This document shows, one piece after another, positions 40,749 through 50,608 of a stretch of 50,608 nucleotides of DNA; position 1 is the stretch's first letter; every line of letters begins with the position of its first letter. The translations under genes were made by a program, and so were the position numbers. The stretch is taken from IMG/VR virus record IMGVR_UViG_2667527522_000001; one strand, given 5' to 3'. The notes under the pieces were generated by a model. It was not told the origin of the DNA and ran no database searches. It was given only the letters and a program-made list of their open reading frames with translations. Source of the DNA: a virus (lineage: Duplodnaviria; Heunggongvirae; Uroviricota; Caudoviricetes).

Positions 40749-42164
40749 ATGGCTACGTGGCAACAGGGTATTAATTCTGGTGGTTTTCTGGCTGGCATCG
40801 GTACGCAAAATGAGAATGCGCCAAAGGCAAGCGACATTAACGCAACGCTTGGTCTGATCCGCGAAAACAATGAACTGGCTCGCTCAGGTGCAAATAACGT
40901 TGGCCTGACCGCGTTACATGGTCTGGCTGGAGTTGCTGATATTTACAATCAGGAACAGCAACAGAAAGCTATTAGTGCGTTCAATAAGGTTCACGCTGAT
41001 GCATGGGCTTCTGGTGATCCATCGGGACTATTTAAGTTTGCCAAGGAAAATCCAGCGTTTGTTGCACAGGCACAACAGGCGTTTTCCGGTCTTAATGAGC
41101 AGCAACGCAACGATATGGGCGATTTAGCCATGAGGGCTAACGTCGCTCTTTCTCAGGGACCGGAAGCCTACAGTAAATTCATTACTGACAACAAGGATAG
41201 GTTAAATCGCGTTGGTGCTAATGCTGACTGGATGATTCAGACAGGTATTCAGAATCCAGAGCAGCTATCACACATGCTGACTACTATGTCTCTCGGTGCA
41301 CTTGGGCCAGAAAAGGCGTTTGCTGTTCAGGACAAGATGGCTGGTCGTGAAATTGACCGAGGCAAACTGGCAGAGACAATCCGCAGCAATCAGGCTGGAG
41401 AAGCACTTCAGGCGAGAGGGCAAAACCTTTCCTATCAGTCAGCAATGACTGGACACAATATCGCAGCACAACGCTTGGCTCTGGATCAGCAAGAGTTCGG
41501 GTTTAAGATGCAGCAAGCACAGGAAAAGGCTCAGCAGTTGATTAGCGAAGCACCTAAGCTGTCAGTAAACATGGAAAAAGGCATCGAGACGGCTGTAAAC
41601 AATGCTACAGCATCATCAAACTCAGCCAATTCTATGAGTGCGCTTGCTCAACAGTTCAGAGCAGAAAAACCAACGACAGGTTTGTTCGGTAACGCACAGA
41701 ACATGTTCGCAAAACTTACCGGAAGCGATACAACATTGCGTGATTTGCGCATCCGCCAAAATGCCCTTGTTAACAGTCAGGTTCTTAAATTCCTACCTCC
41801 CGGCCCCGCAACGGATAAAGACGTTGAGATCGTTCGGCAGGGTGCACCAACTGACATGGATAACCCTGAGACGGTCGCAAGATGGCTTGATGCGATGGCA
41901 AACCTTGAGCGACGAAACGCGCAGTTTAATGAGTTTAAAGCCGAGTGGATGAGCGCGAATGGCAATCCAGGACAATCGCGTAATGGCGGTCAGATATTGG
42001 GGTTGGATGTTAAAAAAGGTGAATCATTGGGGAGTGCCGTTAAGCGGTATATGTCAATGAATACTGACGCAGCGCCAGCACAAGATTCGACACCTTCAGG
42101 AGAACCACGGAATCAGGTTGGATCATATACCTCAAAATCAGGCATTCAATTTACGGTGGAATGA
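40749..42164 (+). CDS. Ejection protein, P22 gp20 type
   Basis: 471 aa; position and composition. Confidence 0.75.
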   Translation: MATWQQGINSGGFLAGIGTQNENAPKASDINATLGLIRENNELARSGANNVGLTALHGLAGVADIYNQEQQQKAISAFNKVHADAWASGDPSGLFKFAKENPAFVAQAQQAFSGLNEQQRNDMGDLAMRANVALSQGPEAYSKFITDNKDRLNRVGANADWMIQTGIQNPEQLSHMLTTMSLGALGPEKAFAVQDKMAGREIDRGKLAETIRSNQAGEALQARGQNLSYQSAMTGHNIAAQRLALDQQEFGFKMQQAQEKAQQLISEAPKLSVNMEKGIETAVNNATASSNSANSMSALAQQFRAEKPTTGLFGNAQNMFAKLTGSDTTLRDLRIRQNALVNSQVLKFLPPGPATDKDVEIVRQGAPTDMDNPETVARWLDAMANLERRNAQFNEFKAEWMSANGNPGQSRNGGQILGLDVKKGESLGSAVKRYMSMNTDAAPAQDSTPSGEPRNQVGSYTSKSGIQFTVE

Positions 42165-44002
42165 TGAAAGTAACTGCAAACGGTAAGACATTTACCTTTC
42201 CTGATGGTACGAGCACCGAAGATATTGGCACCGCCATTGATGAGTATTTTGCTGGTCAGGCTGTTCAGCAACAAACAGTTAATCAGGCCAATAATGCACC
42301 AACACGGGAAGAACCATCATTGATGCAACAAGCTGGCGATTGGCTCACTGGTGGTCAAAGTGCAGGGCAAATTGCAGAACAGGCTGGTCGTGGTCTGGTA
42401 AACATACCATTTGACGTATTGCAGGGTGGCGCAAGTCTGATTAATGCAATCAGCCAGGGGCTTGGTGGCCCCAAGGTTTTGGATGATGTTTATCGCCCTG
42501 TCGATCGACCGACAGACCCCTACGCACAAGCCGGTGAAACAATTGGTGGGTATTTAGTTCCAGGAGTTGGAACGGCAGGAAGCATGGCTATTGGATCACT
42601 GGCAGAGGCCGCAAATCAGAAAGGCGATTTCGCACAAAATGCAGCTAAAAATGCCGGAGTTAACCTTGCCGCTCAGGGTGTTCTTTCCGCCGCAGCAAAG
42701 GGAATAGGGCGTGGAATAACGGCCATAAAAGGTGATATTGCGCCAGAAGTGGCGAAGAAAATTGCCACATCAGAATCGATGGGCGTGACACCAATGACAT
42801 CTGATGTTATCCCGCCGAAAAATGCTTTCACTCGTGGCCTTACTCAGGATGCTGAGGGGGCTTTGCTAGGGACAGGTTCAAAGCGTGCGGAGCAATATGC
42901 AACGCGTAGTAAGCTGGTAAGCAATTATTTTGACCGTTTTGGTGATTACAACCCTGATGATGTGGTGAAATCTCTGACCACCACGTTAAGGGGGCGGAAG
43001 GATGCCGCTGGCGCTGTTATCAATGACGTCACCAATAAAATGGGTAATGCCGCAGTTGATACCACAAATACCATGAATGCTCTGAATACAGCGATCGCAA
43101 GACAGGAACGGCTTGGGACGTCTGCCAATCAAAGCCTGCTTACATCCTTGCGTAACCTACGTGAAGAATTAGCAAACCCTGCAACTGATTTGGATGTTAC
43201 GTTTGATCTCTTGCGTCAGCACAGAACAGCATTTAGATCTAATGTTCAGGGAGATGCTATGGTCTTCCCCAACCAGGCAAAAGCAGCTACCAATATGGTA
43301 GAGAATGCAATGTCAAAAGACCTTCGTAACGCAGTTGCTAAAAACCTCGGTGCATCAGACGCAGCAAAATACCTTAAAGCAAATTCCGATTATGCAAACG
43401 TTTATAATAAGGTGCTTAATAAAAACATTGCTAACAAACTCAACAAGGCAAGCAGTGAAGCCAGTCCTGAACTTATAAATACCGTTGTATTAAGCAGAAA
43501 ACCATCTGACGTGAAACGAATCTGGAGCGCACTGGATGATAAAGGGAAAGATGCTATGCGTGCAGCTTACGTCAGCAAAATAGCGGAAAAGGCCGGTGAC
43601 TCTCCAGCCAAGTTCATCACTGAAGTTAATAAGCTGAAATCTCAGTCAGGCGGTGAAATTTACAACACTATTTTTTCTGGAAAGCACATGAAAGAACTTG
43701 ATGCTCTTCATGAAGTTCTGCAGCAAACAGCAAGGTCAGACACCGCAAATGTAGTAACTCAGACGGGGCAATCGCAAGCCAACAGGATAAGGACGATTGG
43801 CGCAACTGCGACTCTTGGCGTATCAATGGGGCTTGAGGCTGGTTTCGGTGCAATGATGCGCTTGTATGAGTCCAAAGCAGCAAGGAATGCGCTCTTACGT
43901 CTGGCAAACACCAAAGCAGGAACACCAGCCTATGAAAGAGCGTTGAGTAACGCTGCAAATGCCATCAGGCCGCTGCTTGCTACTGAGGCAACACAGCAGT
44001 AA
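42161..44002 (+). CDS. Ejection protein, P22 gp16 type
   Basis: 613 aa; position and composition. Confidence 0.75.
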   Translation: MMKVTANGKTFTFPDGTSTEDIGTAIDEYFAGQAVQQQTVNQANNAPTREEPSLMQQAGDWLTGGQSAGQIAEQAGRGLVNIPFDVLQGGASLINAISQGLGGPKVLDDVYRPVDRPTDPYAQAGETIGGYLVPGVGTAGSMAIGSLAEAANQKGDFAQNAAKNAGVNLAAQGVLSAAAKGIGRGITAIKGDIAPEVAKKIATSESMGVTPMTSDVIPPKNAFTRGLTQDAEGALLGTGSKRAEQYATRSKLVSNYFDRFGDYNPDDVVKSLTTTLRGRKDAAGAVINDVTNKMGNAAVDTTNTMNALNTAIARQERLGTSANQSLLTSLRNLREELANPATDLDVTFDLLRQHRTAFRSNVQGDAMVFPNQAKAATNMVENAMSKDLRNAVAKNLGASDAAKYLKANSDYANVYNKVLNKNIANKLNKASSEASPELINTVVLSRKPSDVKRIWSALDDKGKDAMRAAYVSKIAEKAGDSPAKFITEVNKLKSQSGGEIYNTIFSGKHMKELDALHEVLQQTARSDTANVVTQTGQSQANRIRTIGATATLGVSMGLEAGFGAMMRLYESKAARNALLRLANTKAGTPAYERALSNAANAIRPLLATEATQQ

Positions 44003-44026
44003 CGTATGGGGAATTGGATTCAATCG

Positions 44027-44416
44027 TTAACATTTTCTTTTTACTTTTCCAACAAAAGCTTTGGTTGAATCCATATTCCCATAACCAGAAATGGTTTTTG
44101 ACATTAAAACTGTTCCAGTAGGATGTATTACCCATGAGTCGATAACGCGTTGAGTTTCGCCATTCGCGCCGATTCCTATGATGGAGTTTTTAGACAATGC
44201 TTTGTAAGCCATGCCGCCCGCATCTGTCCCAGAATATGTGATGCTGGCATCTTCACCGTTTGTCTTAATGATGAATGTTCCACTAAAACCATCTTCTTCC
44301 GGATGGAAATTATTTCGTTCTGAATAGCTTATTCCGCGCATATCTCCAACGACCCAGCACTCTGCTGTAGCCCCAAAAGATATGAATAAGAACATAGCAG
44401 TAAGAAATTGCTTCAC
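44027..44416 (-). CDS. Secreted or periplasmic protein in the sieA position, paralog of 18084-18488
   Basis: GTG start with AAGGAGG SD; signal peptide MKQFLTAMFLFISFGATA then ECWVVG; shared ...TKAFVGKV C-terminal motif. Confidence 0.6.
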   Translation of the reverse strand: MKQFLTAMFLFISFGATAECWVVGDMRGISYSERNNFHPEEDGFSGTFIIKTNGEDASITYSGTDAGGMAYKALSKNSIIGIGANGETQRVIDSWVIHPTGTVLMSKTISGYGNMDSTKAFVGKVKRKC

Positions 44417-44462
44417 ACCAACCTCCTTAGTTTTGAGCAGAACACCGGATGATAATGTTTTG

Positions 44463-44714
44463 TTATGTGTCTTTTGGGATTCTATCCAGTAACTCGTTGG
44501 AAATTTTATCAAGTAAAGATTTTATTTGTTTAAGATCTAATGATTTGTCTACTGATGAGACGTCAGATGATAACGCATCCTCAAGAATTTGAACTATCTC
44601 TGAGTTCATAGATCGACCGTTTCGTTTAGCCCTTTCCGCAATAGCACTACGCATGCCGTCAGGCATTCTAACCGTAAATCTTTCTATGAAATTTGATTCG
44701 TCTTTTTCTGACAT
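44463..44714 (-). CDS. Mnt-like ribbon-helix-helix repressor, copy 1
   Basis: FTVRMPDGMRSAIAERAKRNGRSMNSEIVQILEDAL RHH motif; 83 aa from MSEKDES. Confidence 0.7.
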   Translation of the reverse strand: MSEKDESNFIERFTVRMPDGMRSAIAERAKRNGRSMNSEIVQILEDALSSDVSSVDKSLDLKQIKSLLDKISNELLDRIPKDT

Positions 44715-44764
44715 TTTCTTATTCGCAAGGCATATGAGCAATAAAAAACACAGTAGCATCATAT

Positions 44765-44820
44765 TGACATTATGAGCAATGGCATCATAATGGTGTCATG
44801 ACATCATGGTGATGTCATTA
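44765..44820. promoter_or_regulatory. immI-type divergent promoter region with operator palindromes
   Basis: TTATGA-N9-TCATAA and ATGACATCAT-G-GTGATGTCAT inverted repeats. Confidence 0.55.
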
Positions 44821-45011
44821 TGACGGAGATATTGATGATGAGCGATGTTCTTTACAGTGGTCGTAAAAGTCAGAGTTTCCAGCTTCGTTTGCCAGCGCGA
44901 ATGAAGGAGGAGATCAGACGCGTAGCTGAAATGGATGGAATTTCTATCAACTCTGCGATTGTGCAGCGACTGGCTAAAAGCCTGAGAGAGGAAAGAGCTA
45001 ATGCCCAGTAA
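44820..45011 (+). CDS. arc: Arc-like ribbon-helix-helix repressor
   Basis: QSFQLRLPARMKEEIRRVAEMDGISINSAIVQRL. Confidence 0.7.
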   Translation: MTEILMMSDVLYSGRKSQSFQLRLPARMKEEIRRVAEMDGISINSAIVQRLAKSLREERANAQ

Positions 45012-45723
45012 AAATAGTGAAGCCCGGAAGTGCGCGAACACAAACCGGGCCTCTATGTCAGTAACCGTACCCAAGGAAACTAACATGAATATTGTAGCAA
45101 AATCAGATTATAACTTCCAAGGATTCACTTTTAACCCTGTAACAGAGGGCGGGTCTATCTGGTTCACCTCCGCCGAACTAGCTAAGGCTCTCGGCTATAA
45201 AAAAACTGATGCCATCAGCCAAATTTATGCCCGTAATGCTGACGAATTTTCCGACTCAATGTCATTGACCCTCAATATGAAGGTCAACGGAATAAACAAT
45301 AGCTTACGTAACAAATCGGTCAGAGTTTACTCGCTCCGAGGCGCTCACTTGGTGGCGATGTTTGCTTCTACGCCCAAGGCCAAAGAGTTCCGCCGCTGGG
45401 TGCTGGATATTTTGGATCGGCAGGCAGAATGCTCACCGATTGCAAAACAGTTTACTGACGAAGAACTGGTTAATCTCTGCTACTTACAATTGTGGATGGA
45501 GAAGAGTCAACAAATGTGCAAACACATCTACCCAGGAATGAAGCAAATTGGTTCTGAGCTTTCAGGAAGGATTTACGATATTGCATATGAGACTCGCTAC
45601 ATGTCAGAAGAAACCAAGAAATCGCTTCTTCGTGAAATGAAGAATCTTGATCCCAACAATTTTGTCGTAAAGAACGCTCAGCCAATGCTGGCAAAACTTC
45701 GCGGCGAGGAATGGATTCATTGA
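45001..45723 (+). CDS. ant: Antirepressor with Bro-N domain
   Basis: FQGFTFNPVTEGGSIWFTSAELAKALGY...VYSLRGAHLVAMFASTPKAKEFRRWVLDIL; alternative starts at 45055 or 45085. Confidence 0.7.
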   Translation: MPSKNSEARKCANTNRASMSVTVPKETNMNIVAKSDYNFQGFTFNPVTEGGSIWFTSAELAKALGYKKTDAISQIYARNADEFSDSMSLTLNMKVNGINNSLRNKSVRVYSLRGAHLVAMFASTPKAKEFRRWVLDILDRQAECSPIAKQFTDEELVNLCYLQLWMEKSQQMCKHIYPGMKQIGSELSGRIYDIAYETRYMSEETKKSLLREMKNLDPNNFVVKNAQPMLAKLRGEEWIH

Positions 45724-45810
45724 TTGGTGCCCAGGACGGCGCAAAAGAAAACCGCCAGTGTGCTGCTGGCGGCCTATGTCACACCCTTACTACCACATAA
45801 GGAATGCCTA

Positions 45811-46539
45811 ATGACTTTTAAGAATGTAGCAAACATCGGATCCGTTGTCACGGATAAAACCATTGATAGCCAGTACCTGTTAGAGATGGTCAATCATGCT
45901 CGTAGACAGTGCGGGGAAAAAGAAGTTCGCAATAACGACTTTATTGCACGCATTAAGGATGAACTTGAAGGTGAGCACTACGAAATTTTCGTAGTTCAAA
46001 AATCAAACAAGACAACTTCTGAAAAAGTTGTTATGTCAATTAAGCAAGCCCTTCGAGTGGCTGCTCGTGAATCTAAAGCTGTTCGCCGCTCACTTGTAGA
46101 CCAACTTGAAAGTATGCAAGAAGCGCACATTAAAAGCGGTAAATCGTCGAGTGGACTTGTTGAGTATCGCCAGGCGCGAACACTGAAAATGACGGTTGAA
46201 GCTGTTACCAATCTGTTCGATCTGATGCCAAATCTTGCGCCTGAGGCAAAGCAGACAGCGGCAGCAAGTATAATCAACCCGCTCGTTGGTTTTAATGCAA
46301 TACCTCTTCCGGCAATAGAAGAGCATTACTACTCAGCAGGGGAGGTTGCAGAGCAGCTTGGAGTAACGGCCAACAAGATTGGTCGCATTGCTAACGCAAA
46401 CAACCTCAAAACTGAGCAGTACGGGAAGTTCTTCCTGGATAAATCTGCGCATTCCAGCAAACAGGTGGAAGCATTCCGCTACAATGCGGAAGGTGTTAAA
46501 GCACTACAACACCTGATTCATGGGAGTAATGTTGCATAA
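45811..46539 (+). CDS. Second putative antirepressor / phage regulatory protein
   Basis: ORF 45724-46539 trimmed to MTFKNVANIG with AAGGA SD. Confidence 0.5.
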   Translation: MTFKNVANIGSVVTDKTIDSQYLLEMVNHARRQCGEKEVRNNDFIARIKDELEGEHYEIFVVQKSNKTTSEKVVMSIKQALRVAARESKAVRRSLVDQLESMQEAHIKSGKSSSGLVEYRQARTLKMTVEAVTNLFDLMPNLAPEAKQTAAASIINPLVGFNAIPLPAIEEHYYSAGEVAEQLGVTANKIGRIANANNLKTEQYGKFFLDKSAHSSKQVEAFRYNAEGVKALQHLIHGSNVA

Positions 46540-46760
46540 TGGCAAAGAAAAAATATGGCATTATGCCTCCAAGAATCAAAGGAAGAGCCAGGGTAAAAGG
46601 CGATGCTGGAAGGTATCACATTCTTGGAGTTCTGTGGCATGAGAGAGCTTTAATTTTAAGTAGACCTCATGGGTACATTGAAAAGGTATCTATAGATAGA
46701 GTAGAGATTCTTCCCCTTACACCTGAAGAAGAAGAAACGTACGGACTTTTTGATAACTAA
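46539..46760 (+). CDS. Small hypothetical protein
   Basis: 73-codon ORF. Confidence 0.4.
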   Translation: MAKKKYGIMPPRIKGRARVKGDAGRYHILGVLWHERALILSRPHGYIEKVSIDRVEILPLTPEEEETYGLFDN

Positions 46761-46766
46761 CCAACT

Positions 46767-46796
46767 AAACCCGCTTAATCGCGGGTTTTTTCTTTT
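46767..46796. terminator. Bidirectional terminator between convergent genes
   Basis: AAACCCGC-TTAATC-GCGGGTTT with A run 5' and T run 3'. Confidence 0.6.
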
Positions 46797-47029
46797 CTAA
46801 GGATATCAGCCGCAACTTCTTTTACTCGTTCCGAGATTAATGAGGCCAGCCTCTCTTCTTCATCACGATACCCGCTTACAGGTGATGGTTTGGAGAGTGA
46901 TTCTTCCATCGTAGCCACAATTTCGGAATTGATAGACCTGTTATTCATTTTTGCACGCTGCTTAATCTTAGCGTGCAACTCGTGTGTAAGCCTCAAGTGG
47001 AACTGCGCCTCATCGTATTTGCTGTACAT
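46775..47029 (-). CDS. mnt: Mnt repressor, copy 2 (closest to P22 Mnt)
   Basis: FHLRLTHELHAKIKQRAKMNNRSINSEIVATMEESLSKPSPVSGYRDEEERLA. Confidence 0.8.
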   Translation of the reverse strand: MYSKYDEAQFHLRLTHELHAKIKQRAKMNNRSINSEIVATMEESLSKPSPVSGYRDEEERLASLISERVKEVAADILRKEKTRD

Positions 47030-47164
47030 CATCAATGCCTCACCAAATGGGTGGAATGGCATCGTAAAACCCACTGTACAAATCAACAATCGTACCGTTT
47101 AGGTATGTAACAAATTCCAACCGTAGCCATGCTGCGGTGATTCCTTGTATCTGGAGCAAATTAA

Positions 47165-49342
47165 ATGACAGATTCAATAAATGCCAATGTTGTGGTAAGC
47201 ATGCCATCGCAACTCTTCACTATGGCGCGTTCTTTTAAAGCAGTTGCCAATGGTAAAATTTATATCGGTAAAATTGACACTGACCCAGTAAATCCAGAAA
47301 ACCAGATTCAGGTTTATGTGGAGAACGAAGACGGCTCTCACGTTCCTGTTTCTCAACCAATCATCATTAACGCTGCTGGTTACCCGGTATATAACGGACA
47401 GATTGCCAAGTTCGTAACTGTGCAAGGCCATTCTATGGCTGTTTATGATGCATATGGGGCGCAGCAGTTCAATTTTCCTAATGTGTTGAAGTACGACCCG
47501 GATCAGTTTAAATTACTTATTGGCGGTACAGATGGTAGTAAATATATCGGTTTCGGCGCTTCAACGGTTTACGATGCAATCAGGAAAACACCTCAATACT
47601 ATGGAGCTAAAGCAGATGGATTGACATCAGATTCTGATGCCATTAATGCCGCAGCATTAGCTGCTTTTAATAATGGTGGTGGGGAAATATTTTACCCTCC
47701 AGGTGTTTATTTAATAGATTCTCCTATCATTCTTTATACAGGCGTTCATCATAAAGGCTCTGGAAAGAGAGCAACATTTCTGTATGTTAAAAAAGGTAGT
47801 AATACAGATGTATTTAAAACACATGGCTTTGGCGTTGTGGAAAATCTGTCTGATGCGCCATATGGATTTAGCATAAAAGATATGACCATTGATGGTAATT
47901 ATCTTGACTTGCAAAGAGATACAAACTCATGGAGAACTTGCGACACTGTTAACAATGACTATGGAACTGCCATTAAAATATTCGGCAGCATGTACCACAT
48001 TGACGTTGAGATTAATAATGTTGCAGAACATGCTCTCTATTCAGAGGGGTATGGATCATTTCATGATAATCAGGAACACGCCTCTGAAGTGAGGATAACG
48101 GGAAGAATTTCAGGGAGAGAGGGGGTTGTGTTCAGGGGGCCAGGTGATATTAACCTAGATTATATTGTTTTTGGCCTGTGTGGACTTCCTCCTTACAGCG
48201 CAAGATTAACAGCAACAAGCCAACAAAGCCTTCTTTATCCAGGAGAATCATGTCATGGAATTGTTCTTGATAATCAGTCTCCTTATACAGGACATGTCGA
48301 TATAAATTACATCCATGTATATGCTGTGTATTATGGCTATGGATTTAAGACGCTGGGTGTTAACCGATTCAATGCGAGGCACGTGTGTGTTGATAATAGT
48401 TTAGGTGGTTACTGGTTTACCAACGGGGCACATGGTGTTGTTGCCATCGCAGAAGCCAGGGCGTGCGGAAGAATGCCAGATAACTACACTGGCGATTCAA
48501 TTTCTCCTCTCCGCGACATGCTTCTGGATAACGGTAAAATCTGGACACTTAACATCAATATAAAAGCACAAAGATATTCACCTTCAATTGATGATGATGG
48601 GTATCAGATAGCTATATCAGGCAACAACAATGTAGTTACAATAAACCAAATTGGTCAGTTGCAGAGTGACAATGCCCCTATTAAAGCCTCGCTTCTTTCT
48701 GTTACTGGTGACAATAACAATGTTACTTTTACATCCAAGAGGATAAAAGGAAATTTATGTTACTTATCCGGCGGTGGTAATAATATAAGAGGTTCGTGTG
48801 ATAATTTGTTTTCGGGTTCTGCTCTTATTCGCGATGCAGTAAATTCAACAACAATTTGTTTTGCGAACAGCGTAGATATAACTGCGAAGGGGCTTTCTTC
48901 TGATTGCACTGGATTTAACAGCATTGGCACATGTGCATCAGAGAATATAAGATTAATCACTTCAGGCGCAAATGGTTATAATAGGTTTTTAGGTGATAGA
49001 ATGGCAGCCCTTAACAGGACGTGTACGTGGACGATTATGGCAACAGTTGGAAACTCAATAAATGGGAAATCAACTGACGATTATATTGAGTGGAATATGC
49101 CAAACCCAACAGGTAGCGAATCTAACGAGGTTGATATTGAGCATAATTTTCTGTATGCCCCAACACCAAACCAGATTGCTGTGTTGGGGTTTAGACAACC
49201 TGCTGGTTCTGCAGAAGGTGCAACTTTAAGTCCAATAGAAATTATCGGAACTCCAAGTGAGTCTTCTTTCAGAATTAGATACCATTGGTCAGGCCCTTTA
49301 TCTTCTGGCTATGCTCCAATTGTAATGTTCAGGATTAGATAG
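47165..49342 (+). CDS. Tailspike: P22-type N-terminal head-binding domain with a different receptor-binding body
   Basis: [48 protein letters not shown]...VLKYDPDQ N-terminus; remainder does not match P22. Confidence 0.85.
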   Translation: MTDSINANVVVSMPSQLFTMARSFKAVANGKIYIGKIDTDPVNPENQIQVYVENEDGSHVPVSQPIIINAAGYPVYNGQIAKFVTVQGHSMAVYDAYGAQQFNFPNVLKYDPDQFKLLIGGTDGSKYIGFGASTVYDAIRKTPQYYGAKADGLTSDSDAINAAALAAFNNGGGEIFYPPGVYLIDSPIILYTGVHHKGSGKRATFLYVKKGSNTDVFKTHGFGVVENLSDAPYGFSIKDMTIDGNYLDLQRDTNSWRTCDTVNNDYGTAIKIFGSMYHIDVEINNVAEHALYSEGYGSFHDNQEHASEVRITGRISGREGVVFRGPGDINLDYIVFGLCGLPPYSARLTATSQQSLLYPGESCHGIVLDNQSPYTGHVDINYIHVYAVYYGYGFKTLGVNRFNARHVCVDNSLGGYWFTNGAHGVVAIAEARACGRMPDNYTGDSISPLRDMLLDNGKIWTLNINIKAQRYSPSIDDDGYQIAISGNNNVVTINQIGQLQSDNAPIKASLLSVTGDNNNVTFTSKRIKGNLCYLSGGGNNIRGSCDNLFSGSALIRDAVNSTTICFANSVDITAKGLSSDCTGFNSIGTCASENIRLITSGANGYNRFLGDRMAALNRTCTWTIMATVGNSINGKSTDDYIEWNMPNPTGSESNEVDIEHNFLYAPTPNQIAVLGFRQPAGSAEGATLSPIEIIGTPSESSFRIRYHWSGPLSSGYAPIVMFRIR

Positions 49343-49393
49343 AATTAATTGATATTTTAAAAAATTAAATTATTAGTTGATAAATTGTATGCG

Positions 49394-49435
49394 CAAGGCC
49401 TGTAACTTGAGTGCCAGGCCTTGCATGTTTTCATT
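49394..49435. terminator. Terminator-like hairpin between tailspike and integrase
   Basis: CAAGGCCTG-loop-CAGGCCTTG then T-rich run. Confidence 0.5.
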
Positions 49436-49450
49436 GATTTTTAAGATGGT

Positions 49451-50608
49451 TCACTCCACCTTTTCATCAAGCCAGTCCGCCCACCACTGCATCATTTCTC
49501 TGCGCTTATCCAGATACTGAGCATGGTTGTAAATCCCGCGCACAGATCCGCCGTTGGCATGTGCCAGTTGCACTTCAATAGCGTCAGCAGGCCATTCGTG
49601 CTCGTTCATAATCGTGCTGAATTCATGCCTGAATCCGTGACCGCTTTCCAGACCCTCATAGCCGATTTGTTTGATCACAAGCAATACCGCGTTCTCGCAG
49701 ATTGGCTTCTTCTTATCGTTGCGCCCGGCAAAAACAAACTCTGAGACTGGTTTGGTGATTGAGCTTAGCGTAGTGAGAAGTTCAACCACCTGGTCTGACA
49801 TCGGGACCACATGAATTTTTCGACCCTTCATCACACTGGCATCGATGGTGATAATCCTGTTTTCAAAATCGACGTTCTTCCATTGCATGGAACGAAGCTC
49901 TTTCGTTCTTAGGGCTGTGTAGCGTAAAACTCTGGTCGCAATGAGCGATACGATGCTTCCTGAAAATGTTGCCAGTGCTTTGTTGAATGCAGGGATCTGG
50001 TCTGCTGGAAGAAACGGGAAGTTCTTCTTGCGGTATCCTTTCATGGCGTCTGCAAGGTCAGGTGCCGGGTTATATTTAGCCCTGCCGGTGACAATAGCGT
50101 AACGGAAAACCTCGCCGCATCTTCTGCGTGCTTTGTTGGCTCGCTCCATTGCACCGCGATCTTCAAATCTGCGGATTACTTCCAGCAGTTGCATCGGCTC
50201 AATATCCTGAATTTCAAGACCGCCGATGATGGGTAAAATGTCGTCATCAAACATTTTGGCAAGTTCAGTTGCATAGCCTACTGACCAGACTTGCTTCTTG
50301 TGCTCGTACCATTCCTTGTAAATCGCACTAAATGAATTGTTGTTAGACGAAGTCTTTTTCGCCTTTACCGGATCGATGCCAACCGAGATGTCTTTCCTCG
50401 CAGTCCATGCCTTATCCCTTGCTTCCTGCAAAGTCATAAGCGGATATTTTCCGACAGTCAGGATTTTCTCCTTACCGTCAATCTTGTAGCGAAGCTGCCA
50501 TACCTTTTTCCCTGATACAGGGACATAAAGGTACAGGCCATTACCATCGAGAAGGCGGTATGGTTTTTCTTTCGGCTTTGCTGCTTCAATCTGCTTAACG
50601 GTGAGCAT
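49451..50608 (-). CDS. int: Tyrosine integrase, P4 type, IntS-like; start codon at the last bases of the window
   Basis: MLTVKQIEAAKPKEKPYRLLDGNGLYLYVPVSGKKVWQLRYKIDGKEK...GHGFRHEF...LAHANGGSVRGIYNHAQY. Confidence 0.9.
   Translation of the reverse strand: MLTVKQIEAAKPKEKPYRLLDGNGLYLYVPVSGKKVWQLRYKIDGKEKILTVGKYPLMTLQEARDKAWTARKDISVGIDPVKAKKTSSNNNSFSAIYKEWYEHKKQVWSVGYATELAKMFDDDILPIIGGLEIQDIEPMQLLEVIRRFEDRGAMERANKARRRCGEVFRYAIVTGRAKYNPAPDLADAMKGYRKKNFPFLPADQIPAFNKALATFSGSIVSLIATRVLRYTALRTKELRSMQWKNVDFENRIITIDASVMKGRKIHVVPMSDQVVELLTTLSSITKPVSEFVFAGRNDKKKPICENAVLLVIKQIGYEGLESGHGFRHEFSTIMNEHEWPADAIEVQLAHANGGSVRGIYNHAQYLDKRREMMQWWADWLDEKVE

Noticed and set aside
49343-50608. Reading the right-hand integrase as a lambda-style int next to attP in a vegetative phage genome
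   Set aside because: The window also contains IS1 and a satellite-type element, so it is chromosomal. The integrase is better explained as a P4-type int beside a tRNA att site beyond the window edge.

Overview
The window looks like an enterobacterial (E. coli-type) chromosomal segment carrying two integrated mobile elements in tandem, each with its own P4-type tyrosine integrase. All calls are made by eye from the sequence and the supplied ORF track; no searches were run.

Element 1 (about 1 to 11.1 kb) is a P4-like satellite-type element:
- a GpN-like major capsid gene with an upstream partner ORF (1-1888)
- a P4-style RNA immunity repeat set (seqA/seqB/seqC-like, 2086-2352)
- three small coupled ORFs and an alpha-type primase/helicase (3199-5886)
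- an iteron cluster (5913-6103) and an Ogr/Delta-like zinc-finger gene
- a strongly AT-rich two-gene accessory cassette (7121-9750) whose second gene is split by a complete IS1 with target-site duplication
- integrase (9730-10953) and an AlpA-like gene (11154-11354)

Element 2 (about 11.4 to beyond 50.6 kb) is a mosaic lambdoid prophage:
- early-left operon with Erf and SSB, lambda N, 434-type cI/cro with OL and OR operators, and cII
- O-like initiator with internal ori iterons and a DnaB-type helicase
- nin region (NinB, split NinF, RusA, NinH) with two HNH-AP2 homing endonuclease genes, then Q
- lambda S/R/Rz/Rz1 lysis genes
- P22/Sf6-type virion module (terminase, portal, scaffold, coat, gp4, gp10, needle, ejection proteins)
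- an immI-like region with two Mnt-like repressors, Arc and antirepressors
- a tailspike with a P22-type N-terminus and a different receptor-binding body
- an IntS-like integrase at the window edge

Two argW-like tRNA 3' fragments flank alpA at the junction between the elements. The most interesting candidates are the IS1-inactivated AT-rich cassette (possible defence system), the RNA immunity module, the capsid gene in a satellite context, and two paralogous secreted proteins at classic exclusion loci. No CRISPR array, rRNA or intact tRNA was found.
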